Source of the DNA: Octopus sinensis
Lineage: Eukaryota
Length of the DNA: 64,000 nt
Direction of reading: 5' to 3'
Assembly (NCBI RefSeq): GCF_006345805.1
Contig: NC_043010.1
Location: 744,001 to 808,000 of the forward strand
In this document: positions 49,501 to 63,726 of the stretch, piece by piece
Position numbering within the stretch: the stretch's first letter is position 1
Layout: every line of letters starts with the position of its first letter
The notes under the pieces: generated by a model
Seen by the model: the letters and a program-made list of their open reading frames with translations, nothing else
Databases searched by the model: none
Told to the model about the DNA's origin: nothing
Made by a program: the position numbers and the translations under genes

Positions 49501-50530
49501 CCTCTAGCATGTTTAAATGATTAAATAATAATTTTGTAAGATCTAATTGTACTCGATCCAGTGAATAGGATCCCTCATATTCGTTGTGTCTATACATTTT
49601 GAACGTGTGCAAGTGAGTAGACTTGTTATTGATAGATTCATCGTTTACTTAATAGGCGATATATGTAGACACGTACATAGATACATGATGCAAATAGATG
49701 CCTGAGATTCTTTTGTGAATAGATGAACACTCTTGGATGTAATGCGTCGACAGCTCAACCAACGGATCAACTCAAGCAACGGATCAACTCAACCACACAT
49801 TTACAACTACCGGGAACTCTCTGAACTTATGTTGCTTTGTTAGAGGCCGGCTTGAACTCTCTTAAGAAGAACTTAAATTAAAATCATCCATCCGACCGTC
49901 CGCCCATCCGTCCGTCCATCCATACATCATATAAACATAGTGTCGACGTCTGTCATGCTTACAGAAGATGTGGGTTCGATTCTCGCGGGCAGCCTTCGAA
50001 TTTTTCCCTCCACAGAGATTTTTAGCCTAATATCTACGTGCTACTATTTATAGCTTTATGCTGCCGTACAGTGGGACTGAACCCAGGATTACGTGGTTGC
50101 AAAGTGAATACATGTATGCGGATGTAACTGTTTGTATATGTATGTGCATGTATGTGTGTGTTTGTGTATGTATATGTGTGAGCGTGTGCGTCATTGTGTG
50201 CATGTGTGTGTGATTGTGTGCATGGCTTAGTGGTCAGGGTAATCAGCTCACGATGGCAGAGGTAGATGGTAGAATTGAAGTGCTCGATAAAATACCTTGT
50301 GGTGTGTGTTGCGTGTGCATATGTGTATATGTTGTGTGATTGCACGTGTGTGTGTTGTGTATGGATGTGTGTGTGTATATGTGTGTGTTGTGTGTGCATA
50401 TGTGTGTGTGTTGTGTGTGTTTGTGTGTATTCTGCTAACTCTGTTGCCTTTTAAATATCAGACATGAAATTCACTTCGATGTGTGTTCGTTTTTCTCTTC
50501 GTTATTTTCGTCATGTAACAATTTGTTCAG

Positions 50531-50562
<32 letters not shown>

Positions 50563-51834
50563 TATACAATTACCACAGACGACTCAGAAACAGTAGAAAG
50601 CCAGACTAAGTCCTTTTTTTTTTTTTAGTATTTCTATTTTCTAGCATTTAGTTAACATCCCTTGGAAGATCGGAACTGAAATCCTGCCTGTGACAACATC
50701 AATTTCCTTGTTTTATTTCAATACCGATAAAATATCTATCAAATACTGTTCCCAATATCGATTTAGTTGAATGTATAGTTGCCCCCTCTCCACAGACACA
50801 CACGTACTAGAAACGTCTCTCTCGGTGTAAGAAATCAATAAGACGGCCATATGCTTATTGACTTCAATATTTCTACCCACCCGCTTCTCCGCCGGTTTTA
50901 TCATCTGAACGATACATGTTGGACAGGAAATGTTATTGGTTTTGGAGAAAATCCCGAGATTATTTCGAAGCTTTAGATTAGGTTTCATTGGTTGTTTTCT
51001 AAATTCTAAATTTTCTGGTGTCAGATTTTAGCGAAAAATCTACGTTAAATTTCTGTGAAGGTTTGCCAGTCATTGGTATCATCTTTTTTTTCCCCCCCTT
51101 TTTAATGCAATCTAATATCTTTTTGTATAATGGCTGCTCTGACTCAGATATGTAAGCAGTTCTTTAACATGGGATGTATTTCTGGTTAGTGTCGATGACT
51201 CTTCAGAGCTGAAGTAGATTTTAATCTTCTCAGAGGGTTCTAGTTTCTGGGATGACGTTTTGTCAATGATATAGATCAGTAGTTTTAAACTATTTTTTGC
51301 CTTTCGTTCCTTTTGATTTCCTATTTTATCTTACTGGACCTCCATTGCCAGTCAATGTTTTAAAAGAGTCCTGTTATATTTTTAATATCAAATATTATTA
51401 GGAATTGCACAACAAAACTGTAAAAATATTTTTTCTATTGTAGATGTGTAAGCAATGTATTGCACATGAATCTTAACAACAAAATCTCATATGGACCCCA
51501 CAAGGGTCATACGAACCCCAGTTGAGAACCGCTGTTATAGATGTATGGCTTCCTTGAGAATCCTTTGTGGGTTTTTGTGCCGATGACTGTTGCAAACTTC
51601 ACTTTTATCAGAATTTTCAAGGGCAAGAGAACGCTGTTGTGAGACATATGCAGACAAATATCTGAAAGATTTGTCTAATGGGAAGGAATAGTGGGAGTCA
51701 GAGATGTACTTGTATCCTTGAACTTTCTTATTGCTCTGGGCTTCATCATCGTCATCAATCCCTAGAAATTACTTGTGCCCTAGGATTCGTAGACCTGATC
51801 ATCCAGTTTCTATGGCGTATGTCACCGGGATCGT

Positions 51835-52153
51835 GGATGCGCAATGGCCCAGTGGTTAGGGCAGCGGACTCGCGGTCGTAGGATCGCGGTTTCGATTCCC
51901 AGACCGGGCGTTGTTGTGAATGTTTATTGAGTGAAAACACCTAAAGCTCCACGAGGCTCCGGCAGGGGGGGGGGGTGATCCCTGCTGAACTCTTTCACCA
52001 CAACTTTCTCTCACTCTTTCTTCTGTTGGCTTACTCGCTTAGCCAGCGGGGTGGCGTCATTGAAGGCTAAAACAATGCGAAGCGCATTGTGACCAGCGAT
52101 GTGTAGCAACATCTGATGGGCTGGTCGGTCACGTGATCACGTGATCACGTGAT
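51835..52153 (+). mobile_element. SINE family C
   Basis: Head GCGCAATGGCCCAGTGGTTAGGGCAGCGGACTCGC, B box GGTTTCGATTCCC and a (CACGTGAT)3 tail. Confidence 0.9.
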
Positions 52154-53885
52154 GTCACCAGGATCACAACATTCTCCATGCAGGGGACGTCAGTTGGTCG
52201 AAGGGTTATTCATTTAGAGCGGAGTGGACAACAGCGATGTGAGACGAAATGCTTTGCTCAAGAACACAACGTACCGCCCGGCCTGGCAATCGAAACAACA
52301 ATCTTGCGATCGCTAGTGCAGCATCCCAACCAATAAGCCACTCGCTTTATCACTCTGGCTTTGGGGAATTTAAAATAAGAACAAAAAGAGGTCAACTATT
52401 GATTTTGCTCGACAATCATGGATAGAGATAAATAGGCATTTCCAAACGCCAATAGATTTCGAACCAGCAAAGCGGATAATCAATGGAACAATAAATCAAA
52501 TAATAAAACATACTAAAAACAGCGAGACCCAACTTTTTGGTAGTCGAATGTTCTAGATGAGGGGAACGATTAATCCAAAATTAGGGCCGTGATAACATAA
52601 AATCTGATGTCCGTTATCAGATCTCTCCTGATTTATTAGTAACTATAAACATTAAATGAACGAATACTAAGCGATGATGTGTGTTTGAGAAGAAGAGCGT
52701 CGAACAAAATACCACCAATATTTGTTTCAGTAAATGTTTTCATTGAATAACTTAATAAATACGAAGAAGGTTGATGGTAGGATTGGAGTACCCGAGAAAA
52801 TACTCTGTGGTACTCGGCTACCTCCGCTTATATTATGAGCTCAAATTCCACCTAGGTCTAGTTTCACTTTCATCCTTCCAATACCGATGACACTGGCGAT
52901 TGATGTACTTGCCTGAAGCCCGGATGACGGTGCTCCAGTATGACCACAATCCCAAGACTGATAGTAGTAAAAGAATAAGAAAAAATTTTGTTTTTTTTTC
53001 CATATTTTGTACTTGTTTCAGTCATTATACTGCGGCCATGCTGGGGCACCGCGTAAACGTATTTAAGTCGAACAAATCGACTTCAGTACTTTTGGGTTTT
53101 TTTCACTTTTATCTGGTATTTATTTTATCGATTGCCAAGCAGTAGAGTGGACAAAACCACATTAACCCCCACCCCAACACACACACACACACACACACAT
53201 GTGTAAGCGATGGTCTGCCACGCAGTTTCCGTTTTCTAAATTCACTGATAAGGCATTGGTCAGCCTGAGTAGAAAACTAGAAAAAACACCTATGGTACAA
53301 CGCTGTGGAACTGAACCCGAAACCCCATCTCTATGAGAGATATGTATGCACGTGTGCGCGTTGGTGTATTTGCATGATTGTATAGCGCAGGCGTGACCAG
53401 GTAGTGAAGAAGTTTGCCTCAGAATCATGAGACTCTGGTTCGATCTCATACCGTTGCAACTTAGCTAAGTGTCTTTTGCCATTGCATTGAGCAAACCAGC
53501 ATTGTAGTTTGTCAGAAACTTGTGGAATCATTTTGGTTGGGTTGCACCTATAATTCATACTGTGTCATGTTGATTTTGCCTCAGAATTACATTAAGGGCC
53601 CACATAAGGGCTCACATAAGCAATAATTCAATTGTAATTTGGTTGTCGGAACAACTAGAATAGTCATCGTCGAAACCAAAGGAGGATCCCACCCTATGAA
53701 TGTGTCTGTGGTGCATGTAAGTATGAATGTAAATGTGTATGTTTGCGCGTGTATGTACATGTGTGTGAGCACCAATCATCTACAAACTGCGGTCAGCATG
53801 ATTTTCTGAATGGTACGCTGACAAAAATTTCCTTGAGTTTTTTTTAACGGTGCGCTCCACCAGATGACGATAATTGATGTTTAGT

Positions 53886-55604
53886 GCGGCCCGCCTGATG
53901 ATGATCCATATCTAATGCAGCTCGTCTGATGATGATCCATATCTAATGCAGCTCGTCTGATGATGATCCATATCTAATGCGGCTCGCCTGATGATGATCC
54001 ATATCTAATGCGGTCCGCCTGATGATCCATGCCTAATGCAGCCCGCCTGATGATGATCCATATCTAATGCAGCCCGCCTGATGATGATCCATATCTAATG
54101 CAGCCCGCCTGATGATGATCCATATCTAATGCAGCCCGCCTGATGATGATCCATATCTAATGCAGCCCGCCTGATGATGATCCATATCTAATGCAGCCCG
54201 CCTGATGACGATCCATATCTAATGCAGCCCGCCTGATGATGATCCATATCTAATGCGGCTCGCCTGATGATGATCCATATCTAATGCAGCCCGCTGATGA
54301 TGATCCATATCTAATGCAGCTCGTCTGATGACGATCCATATCTAATGCAGCCCGCTGATGATGATCCATATCTAATGCAGCCCGCCTGATGATGATCCAT
54401 ATCTAATGCAGCTCGTCTGATGATGATCCATATCTAATGCAGCCCGCCTGATGATGATCCATATCTAATGCAGCCCGCCTGATGATGATCCATATCTAAT
54501 GCAGCCCGCCTGATGATGATCCATATCTATGCAGCCCGCCTGATGATGATCCATATCTAATGCAGCCCGCCTGATGATGATCCATATCTAATGCGGCTCG
54601 CCTGATGATGATCCATATCTAATGCAGCCCGCCTGATGATGATCCATATCTAATGCAGCTCGTCTGATGACGATCCATATCTAATGCAGCCCGCCTGATG
54701 ATGATCCATATCTAATGCAGCCCGCCTGATGATGATCCATATCTAATGCAGCTCGTCTGATGATGATCCATATCTAATGCAGCCCGCCTGATGATGATCC
54801 ATATCTAATGCAGCCCGCCTGATGATGATCCATATCTAATGCAGCCCGCCTGATGATGATCCATATCTAATGCAGCCCGCCTGATGATGATCCATATCTA
54901 ATGCAGCCCGCCTGATGATGATCCATATCTAATGCAGCCCGCCTGATGATGATCCATATCTAATGCAGCCCGCCTGATGATGATCCATATCTAATGCAGC
55001 CCGCCTGATGATGATCCATATCTAATGCAGCCCGCCTGATGATGATCCATATCTAATGCAGCCCGCCTGATGATGATCCATATCTAATGCAGCTCGTCTG
55101 ATGATGATCCATATCTAATGTAGCCCGCCTGATGATGATCCATATCTAATGCAGCCCGCCTGATGATGATCTATATCTAATGCAGCTCGTCTGATGATGA
55201 TCCATATCTAATGCAGCCCGCCTGATGATGATCCATATCTAATGCAGCCCGCCTGATGATGATCCATATCTAATGCGGCTCGCCTGATGATGATCCATAT
55301 CTAATGCAGCCCGCCTGATGATGATCCATATCTAATGCAGCTCGTCTGATGATGATCCATATCTAATGCAGCCCGCCTGATGATGATCCATATCTAATGC
55401 AGCTCGCCTGATGATGATCCATATCTAATGCGGCTCGCCTGATGATGACCCATATCTAATGCGGTCCGCCTGATGATCCATGCCTAATGCAGCCCGCCTG
55501 ATGATGATCCATATCTAATGCAGCTCTCCTGATGATGACCCATGTAAAATACGGCCCGCTTGATGATGATCCATGCCTAATAATGAACCATGTCTAATGC
55601 GGCC
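53886..55604. repeat. 31-bp minisatellite, about 55 copies
   Basis: Unit GCAGCCCGCCTGATGATGATCCATATCTAAT with a few recurring variants. There are no spacers and no ORF. Confidence 0.97.
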
Positions 55605-55989
55605 TGTTTCTCGGAAAAAGGTTGTCCATGTTTGGTATACACATTTTCTCGTGTGTGTATGTGTGTATGCACCATTTCCTCTGTATAGATGTGTGTTTCA
55701 ATGAGCGTGGGGTGGGTGTATGTGCTCGTTTGCATGTGTGTGTGTGTGAGTGTGTGCGTGTGTGTGTGTGTGTGTGAGTGCGTAAATTTATGTGTATGTG
55801 TGTACGTGCGTGTTTATTTATGTATGCGTGTTGTTTTGTCTTTTCCCACAATTGTGTTACGCACGTTTTCAATGAATAGGGGGGGTGTTATACATACCAT
55901 TACACTGTACAAGAACAACATTCTGAGTGTCTGGTACTGCCATCTATCCAGAACCCCGGAGGAATCACGCGCAAGAACAAAACTGCACC

Positions 55990-56959
55990 TCCAAAACAAC
56001 AACAGCAACAATAACAACAACACAAAGAACAAGAAGACTAGTAACAACAACAATGCCAAAAGCACCAACGGAATTAATACCAAAAACAACTGTAAAACCA
56101 ATACCATCCAGTTCCAACGCTCAAAGCACCACCAACCACCACCAACACCACCGCGAACAGCAACAACAACAACAGTAACATCAATAACAGTAACAACGAC
56201 ACCGAAATAATATCAACATCACCAACATCAATATCACCACGACCACCACCAGCGACTACAAAAACACCACCGTCTGCACCACTACCACCACCCTTAACAA
56301 GAACAACAACACTAATTAGAACAATGCCGCCACCACTAACAGCAAGAACAAAAGTACCCTCAACCACCACCACCACCACCACCTCAACCACCACCAAACT
56401 ACCACCACCACTACCACCACCTCCACCACCACCAAACTACCTCCACCACCACCACCTCCAAACTACCTCCACCACCACCACCACCACCACCACCACCTCC
56501 ACCACCACCACCACCACCTCCACCACCACCACCACCAAACTACCACCAAAGTCGGTCTCTCCTCCGTATTCGTCTCCCTGTTTATCCCTCTCCGGGCCCC
56601 AAAGACGCCATCTTTTCCAGTGTGAGGTTTCTAGTGTCATGCCAACGGCTTGAAACAAGGAGCTAATTAACGAGCAGAACTTACTAATTAATTTGGCTCA
56701 CGAGTGGACAGCAGACGTGGTGGTGATGGTGGTGGTATGGTAGTAGCACTGGTGGTTGTAGTAGTAGTAGTAGTAGCAGTAGTAGTAGTTGTAGTATTGG
56801 TGGTTGTGGCAGTAGTGGTCATAGTGATGGTGGTGGTGGCAGTAGAGGTGGTAGCGATGGTAGCAGTGGCGGTGGTAGTGGTGGTAGTGATGGCGGCGGT
56901 AATAGAAGTAGCAGCGGCTGCAACAGCAGCAGCAGCAGCATTAGTAGTAGTAGTAATAC

Positions 56960-56999
<40 letters not shown>

Positions 57000-57276
57000 G
57001 GTGGTGTAAGTGATGGTAGTTGCAGTAGTACTAGTTGTAGTGGTGTTAGTGGAGGAGACGGTGGTGTGATGGTAATAGTGATAGTGGTGGTAGTGATGAG
57101 GATGGCTTTGGTGGTAGTAATGGTGGCAGTGATGATGATGATGATGATGAGGAGGAGGAGGAGAAGAAAAGGAGTACGATGATGATGATGATATGTTGGC
57201 TATGGAGTTGTAGTTTTAGTGTTATTGCTTTTGTTGGTGAAGATAATGAAGAGTGGTAACTTTTTCTGGTGAGTGT

Positions 57277-57328
<52 letters not shown>

Positions 57329-57350
57329 GGTGGTAGAGGTGGTGTAGTGA
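55990..57350. repeat. Trinucleotide tracts: (CAA/CAC)-rich block and (GTG/GTA)-rich block around a short unique island
   Basis: Directly visible; the unique island is at about 56550-56715. Confidence 0.9.
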
Positions 57351-57681
57351 CAGTTCAACACTGGTGAGGATGTTTGTGTACGAGTGTGAATGAGACACAG
57401 ATAGAGAGACTGAGAGTGATTGAGAGACCAAGAGGCAGCGACTGAAAGAGAGAGAACAGGTGAGATCAGTAAAAGAGTGTTATATGCACTCTTAATCATG
57501 TCGCCGATGTTTTTTTTTTAACACCAGGTCAGCCGCCACAACCGAATAGATTTCCAATGCACGTGGGAATCAAAAGCACGTTATCCAAGATTATCCAAAA
57601 GTTACCCAAATGATCCTAGCGTGTGATGTAACCTGAAGGGTTTCGATACAATTTCTTACAAATCGAGCGGCCACGTAGAAA

Positions 57682-57828
57682 AGACATGGGCAACCTTTTT
57701 CTCGAGAAGTGGACCGCAAGAAAGATGGTTCCTCATCAGGTTGGCCGACCTACTACTAAAAACTTCTAGGAGATTTTTCGTTGGCGTACAATTCCATAAG
57801 TCTTGCGGGCCGTAGTTTGCCCATGCAG
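57682..57828. mobile_element. hAT (Charlie-like) MITE
   Basis: Inverted ends CATGGGCAA / TTGCCCATG with subterminal GCGGGCCGTAGTT, typical of Charlie-type elements. Confidence 0.55.
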
Positions 57829-58295
57829 ACGGTGAAAAATATATTGATTTCAAATTTTGGCTCAAAGCCAGCAATTACAGGAGAGGGCATGAGGTCATAA
57901 ATCGATAACATTGACACTCGGTTCGCAATCATGAGGTAGTGAGTTCGATTCCCGGACCGAGCTGTGTGTTGTGTTCTTGAGTTAGTTATTTCATGTTGCT
58001 CCAGTTGACTCTGCTGTAGAAATGAGTTGCGACGTCACAGGTGCCAACCTGTATCGACCTTTGCCTTTCCTTTGAAGAGAGGAGGCTGGTATGTATGGGC
58101 GATTACTGATCTTCCATAATCAACCTTGCCCAAACTTGTGCTTCGGAGAGTAACTTTCTAGGTGCAATCCCATGGTCATTCATGACCGAGTGTGTGTGTG
58201 TGGGTCTTTAACCTTTAGTGCTCAACTGGTACTTATTTTATCAATCCCGAAAGGATAAAAGGCAAATTCGATTTCAGCCGAATTTGAACTCATAG

Positions 58296-58790
58296 TGTAA
58301 AGACGGACGAAATACCTATTTCTTTACTACCCACAATGGGATAAACATAGAGGGTACAAACAAGGACAGACAGACGGATTGAGTCGATTATATCGTCCCC
58401 AGTGCGTAACTGGTACTTAATTTATCGACGCCGGAAGGATGAAAAGCAAAGTCGACCAAGGCGGAATTTGAACTCAGAACGTAATGTCAGACGAAATACC
58501 GCTAAGCATTTCGCCCGGCGTGCTAACGTTTCTGCCAGCTCGCCGCCTTAGAAAAGTGGCTATAATAGAAGACGTTAAGCGGTAAACTGGCGGAATCGTT
58601 ACCGCACCGGGCAAAAATGCATAATGGCATTTCGCTTGTCTTTTACGTTCTGAGTTCAACTTCTGCTGAGGTCCACTTTATCTTTCATCCCTTCAAGGTC
58701 GATAAAGTAAGAACCAGTTGTGCAATGGAATCGATTTAATCAACTTAGCTCCTCCTTCGAAATTGCTGGCTTTGTGCCAAAATTTGAAGC
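58296..58790. mobile_element. Head-to-head inverted pair of family B SINEs
   Basis: The minus copy ends at 58549 and the plus copy starts at about 58577. Confidence 0.8.
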
Positions 58791-58974
58791 CTATATTAAA
58801 AGGAGTGAGTGTATGTATGTGTGCGTGCAAGTGTGTGTGCCTTTGCGTTTTTTGTGTAGTGTTTGTGGTAGAATATGAACTAGGTACGTTGTTTTAGAGT
58901 TAATAGTCCAATTCTGCGATGGTTTAGGTTAATAACTTTATAACCAACAAGAATTCTGTAAAGAGCACAGTTAC

Positions 58975-59373
58975 TCTTTTACTCTTTTACTTGTTTCAGT
59001 CATTTGACTGTGGCCATACTGGAGCACCGCCTTTAGTCTAGCAAATCGACCCCAGGACTTATTCTTTATAAGCCTAGTACTTACTTTATTGGTCGTGTTT
59101 GCCGAACCGCTAAGTTACGGGGACGTAAACACACCAGCATCGGTTGTCAAGCGATGTGGGGGGGGGGCGAACACAGATACACAAACATATACACACACAT
59201 ACATATATATACATATACACAACGGGCTTCTTTCAGTTTCCGCCAACCAAATCCACCCACAAGGCTTTGGTCGGTACGAGGCTAAAGTAGAAGACACTTG
59301 CCCAAGCTGCCACGCAGTGGGACTGAACCCGGAACCATGTGGTTCGTAAGCAAGCTACTTACCACACAGCCAC
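58975..59373 (-). mobile_element. SINE family A, full length
   Basis: Near-consensus reverse-complement copy. Confidence 0.92.
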
Positions 59374-59567
59374 TGTCCAATTTAAGTTGGGAGACAAGAC
59401 CCAACACTTCCTCAACAGCAGAGAAAGTATGCTTCGTCCTCACATCTTCCCCATCTCCCCATCCCCCCTACCATCCTGCATCTTACGCAACCACATTGCG
59501 TTAGCTGTTATTCCCCGTTTATTGTTACTCTGTTGCGTGTGTATATCTATGTATGTATATTTATATA

Positions 59568-61072
59568 CACCCTGAACCACGCTAATTGCTTATGACTGAA
59601 ATTTAGGATTTCTTGGTTTTCCGAGAATCGATTTTGATCAAACTTTCCCCAGCTGCTTTGCACACTATGGCAACACCATTCTTATGTTTTCACTATTCCG
59701 TGTAACGTCCTTTCTTTTTCATTTCAGATTCTTAACTTTTTAGGGTGAACCACGCTAATTTCTTTTGAATGAAAATAGCCCACCTTGACATGGTTTTTCG
59801 GAAAATTAAGGGTAATTACACATATTAAGCATATATTGGGTATATATTTAACAGAAAACCATAATAATATTCATTATGTCAATAACATTTATTGACATAA
59901 TGAATTAGCCACATGAACGCCATTTCGACAGATAACTTAAAAAACCCTATTAGTCATGGAATCTATCAATTTCTTAATAGTGACAGGTTGGAACGCCTCT
60001 GCCGCAGCTTTGATGGTCGCCCATAATACATCTTTCGACGTAAGTTGGCGTCCATCAGCATAAACATATTGTTAAATGATGGACCAAAGATTTTCGATAA
60101 GGTTGATGATCCGGGATGCTAACGGTCACACCATCGACCTTTCACCTTGTATGACGCAAGACCCTAGGAATGTTTGGGTGGTCCTATCAGAGTAGGAAGG
60201 AGCGTTGTCATGCATGCATACGAGATTCTTTAGAAGTGACAACAATATGTCATCTAGTCAGGGATCCTAGACCTCCTTCAAGAGATTGCAGTAGGCAGCT
60301 ACGGTCACTAACTTCTTCAGGCACCCTGACTAGACCAACAAGTCTATCCCCAACAATACCGACCCAAAACATGACTCCTCCACCCTGTTGGTGACGCTCA
60401 TATCCAAAATAAACCCAACCGTCAGGTTCGTCAAGGGTCGTCCTGGTTTCATCAGTGAACAGAACACAACTCATGTCTAACGTCATGTACTTTTGGGCCC
60501 ATTGAAGCCTCAAACTCTTGTAAAGAGGGAATTTCAGGGGTTCTCGCACGGAAGCCATGGTCCCGAGGATGCGATTTCTGGTGGTTTTCGGTACATGAGG
60601 AAGTCCGGAGACGTTGAAAATGGCTTTGCTTGTTTGTCTAGGTTTCCCACGTAACTTGCGTTCAATATTCCTTAAATCCCTAGCTGTAGTCTTGGAGGTC
60701 CCACAATTGGATCGTTTCTTCCTTGGCGCTCATGTGGCTAAATAATTCATTATGTCGATAAATGTTATATTATTATGGTTTTCTGTTAAATATATTCTCA
60801 ATGTGTGCTTAATGTGTACCATTACCCTTCATTTCCTGAAAAAAACAAATGTCTAGATGGGCTATTTTCATTCAAAAGAAATTAGCGTGGTTCACCCTAA
60901 AAAGTTAAGAATCTGAAATAAAAAAGAAAGGACGTTACACAGAATAGTAAAAACATAACAATGGTGTTGCCATTGTGTGCAAACCAGCTGGGAAAAGTTT
61001 TATCAAAATCAATTCAAAGCAAACTGAGAAATCCTAAATTTCCTTTCTAAGCTATTAGCATGGTTCTGAGTG
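59568..61072 (-). mobile_element. Tc1-family transposon with long IR/DR-type terminal inverted repeats; decayed transposase
   Basis: TA-flanked, about 345-bp TIRs, each with outer and inner GAACCACGCTAATT direct repeats. Minus-strand motifs LFTDETR, QQGGGVMFW and NLIENLWSII; start ATG at 60733. Confidence 0.92.
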
Positions 61073-61775
61073 TATACAGGTGTGTGTGTGTGTGTGTGTG
61101 TGTGTGTACCTTTATTGAAGCTGCAAAATTATCACAAAAACTATTACTCAGGGTTTCACGTTCCCGTTCGTCGGACAGTTGTAATCAAAACTATATATAT
61201 ATATACACACATACTACTTTATGAAAGCCGAAAAAATTTCGCAAGCTGTTACCTAGAGTTTCATGTGACCACCATCAGACACATGTGATAATAAAGACTT
61301 GTAAAGAAATATGATAATTGTGAATATATTGCGATTCTTCTTTTCGATTTTAATTTTAAAAAAACATCTTATTCTACGTTTTGGTATTCGAGTACTATCC
61401 CCCCCACTTGTTTTGCACCTATTGTGTGTGTGTGCGCGCGTGTGCGTGTGTTGTAGAAGATATTTGTCCAAGGTGTCATGCAATGGGACTGAACCCATGA
61501 CCATGTGGTTGAGAAGCAAACTTATTACTGTACTGCCACACCAGGGTTTTTTACAATGTGTTGTTGGTTTTTGCAATGTGTTCGTCTCTGACTATGATTT
61601 CCAACAAACTGCTTTTGCCACTCTTTCATACTTTTATGCATTCATAATGTTTTAATTTGTGTATAGCTTATTTGAGTCCTTTTTGTGTCCGGAGAGAGAG
61701 ATTGGGAACAGAATACACACATACCTAGTTGTTTTTCATGTCTATTACTATAATTAGTCAATTAGTTAACCATTT

Positions 61776-62090
61776 GTGGAGGTGCAATGGCCCAGTGGTT
61801 AGGGCAGCGAACTCGCGGTCGGAGAATCGCGGTTTCGATTCCCAGATCGGGTGCTGTGTGTGTTTATTGAGCGAAAACACCTAAGAGCTCCACGAAGCTC
61901 CGGCAGGGGGTGGTGGCGACCCCTGTTGTACTCTTTCGCCACAACTTTCTCTCACTCTCTCTTCCTGTTTCTTGAGTAACGCTGCAATGGACTGGCATCC
62001 CGTCCAGCTGTGGGGGGGTGGGACACATACGCTATAGAACCCAGGAAACCTGGTCCATGAAAAGGCTTGAAAAGGGCGACGTTTATCGTT
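61776..62090 (+). mobile_element. SINE family C with 14-bp target-site duplication
   Basis: TTAGTTAACCATTT is present at 61762-61775 and 62091-62104. Confidence 0.92.
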
Positions 62091-62823
62091 TTAGTTAACC
62101 ATTTAACGAGTTAACTCATCGGTTATTAATCGTCCGGTCAGCCAACCAACTGCGTTTGTCAAAGTTCTTTCGTCGCTATTCGTGACTTCCTCAATAACAT
62201 GACCTCTCTACTCCAAGTCAGTTTTACGTCTATTGTTGAGTACTGAGTTATTCCTTTTTGAGCATCTAAGAAAAATAAAAGCAATACAGAAGCTAAAGCC
62301 ACACAACATCCTGAAAATGGGACTGAGATAGCCTGGAAACGTAGATAAGAGGAATTCGGAAAATTTGTTGCTGAAAAAAAAGCTGTAACGGTCTGATAAT
62401 GGGAATTCGAGGAAAAGTTGATGATAATGAAAACAGGAGATTAAATTAGATGCAAGGATTCCAGTACATGTTTAGAAAAAAACCCATTCCCCGTAAAGAT
62501 TTAACTCAGAAGAGGCTATACGAGGGCAAAACTAACTCTAATGCATCGCAGTCCGACGGTGGCTTAGCTAGTCGAAACTTCACACACGCACGCACGCACG
62601 CACACATATGCACACACTCACACACGCACATACACAAACACGCATACACACACACACATACACACACTCACATACACACATACACACACACGCAGGCACA
62701 CACACACACGCACACACTCACACACACACACACGCACACACTCACACACACACATGCAGGCACACACGCACGCACACACGCACGCACACACACACACATA
62801 CATACATATACCATAATATTTAC

Positions 62824-62859
<36 letters not shown>

Positions 62860-62875
<16 letters not shown>

Positions 62876-63250
62876 GGCAAAATGTCTGTCTGTGTGTGTG
62901 TCCTTTATACAAATCCACACTTTTTCAGTTAGAGAGCTCGCACTTTCTATGGTCATTCAAAACCGTCCAAGGATCGTCGTGCACATCTTTACATTTCCCC
63001 AGTCCCCCCGAAAAGCTAATAAAAAATCAATAGAAGTGACTTTTTTGTGAATTTTCTATCCAAAACCCAATCAAAATGCCCGAAACTCGATAAACCAATT
63101 GAATGCCAGCTAGCTGTATGTGATTGGTCGGAGATTCGGACAGTACTCGCGTGTATGTGTGCACGCACACAGCTGTATAGACTTGCACTAGCACTGTGAC
63201 CCGGCTGAATGCTTTAGCTTCGTTACTATAGCAACTGTCCGGATATTTAT
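62860..63250 (+). mobile_element. Probable non-autonomous Helitron/Helentron-type element
   Basis: (TA)n-AAACGGCAAAATGTCTGTCTGTGTGTGTGTC start resembles DINE/HINE-like elements; the 3' hairpin is degenerate. Confidence 0.4.
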
Positions 63251-63576
63251 TGATCAGATCACGTACACATACTATTTCTATCATAATTTATACTTATATA
63301 TAATACACAAATATACACACACAGAAGCATATATGGATATACATACATACACATGCTATTTACATTGTCATTCATATATATTTAACACACGCACATACAC
63401 TCACACACATATAAATATACATACATACACACGCACACACACACACAGACACACACACACACATACTGAAATATGGAAAGTGTGAGGAGTTGGAGGAAGA
63501 GAACAAAACATTCACTGAGGAAACTAGGAAATATTATACATACATACAAACATACATACAAACACACACACCACAC

Positions 63577-63645
<69 letters not shown>

Positions 63646-63646
63646 A

Positions 63647-63726
<80 letters not shown>

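Noticed and set aside
53886-55604. 31-bp array as CRISPR, hammerhead array or C/D snoRNA cluster
   Set aside because: There are no unique spacers and the context is eukaryotic. CTGATGA is present, but there is no helix II or GAAA half. Box C and D motifs overlap with no guide region.
55689-57009. Thr/Pro-rich and Val-rich ORFs resembling mucin or membrane proteins
   Set aside because: These are translations of trinucleotide tracts, open on both strands, with no start context or splice structure.
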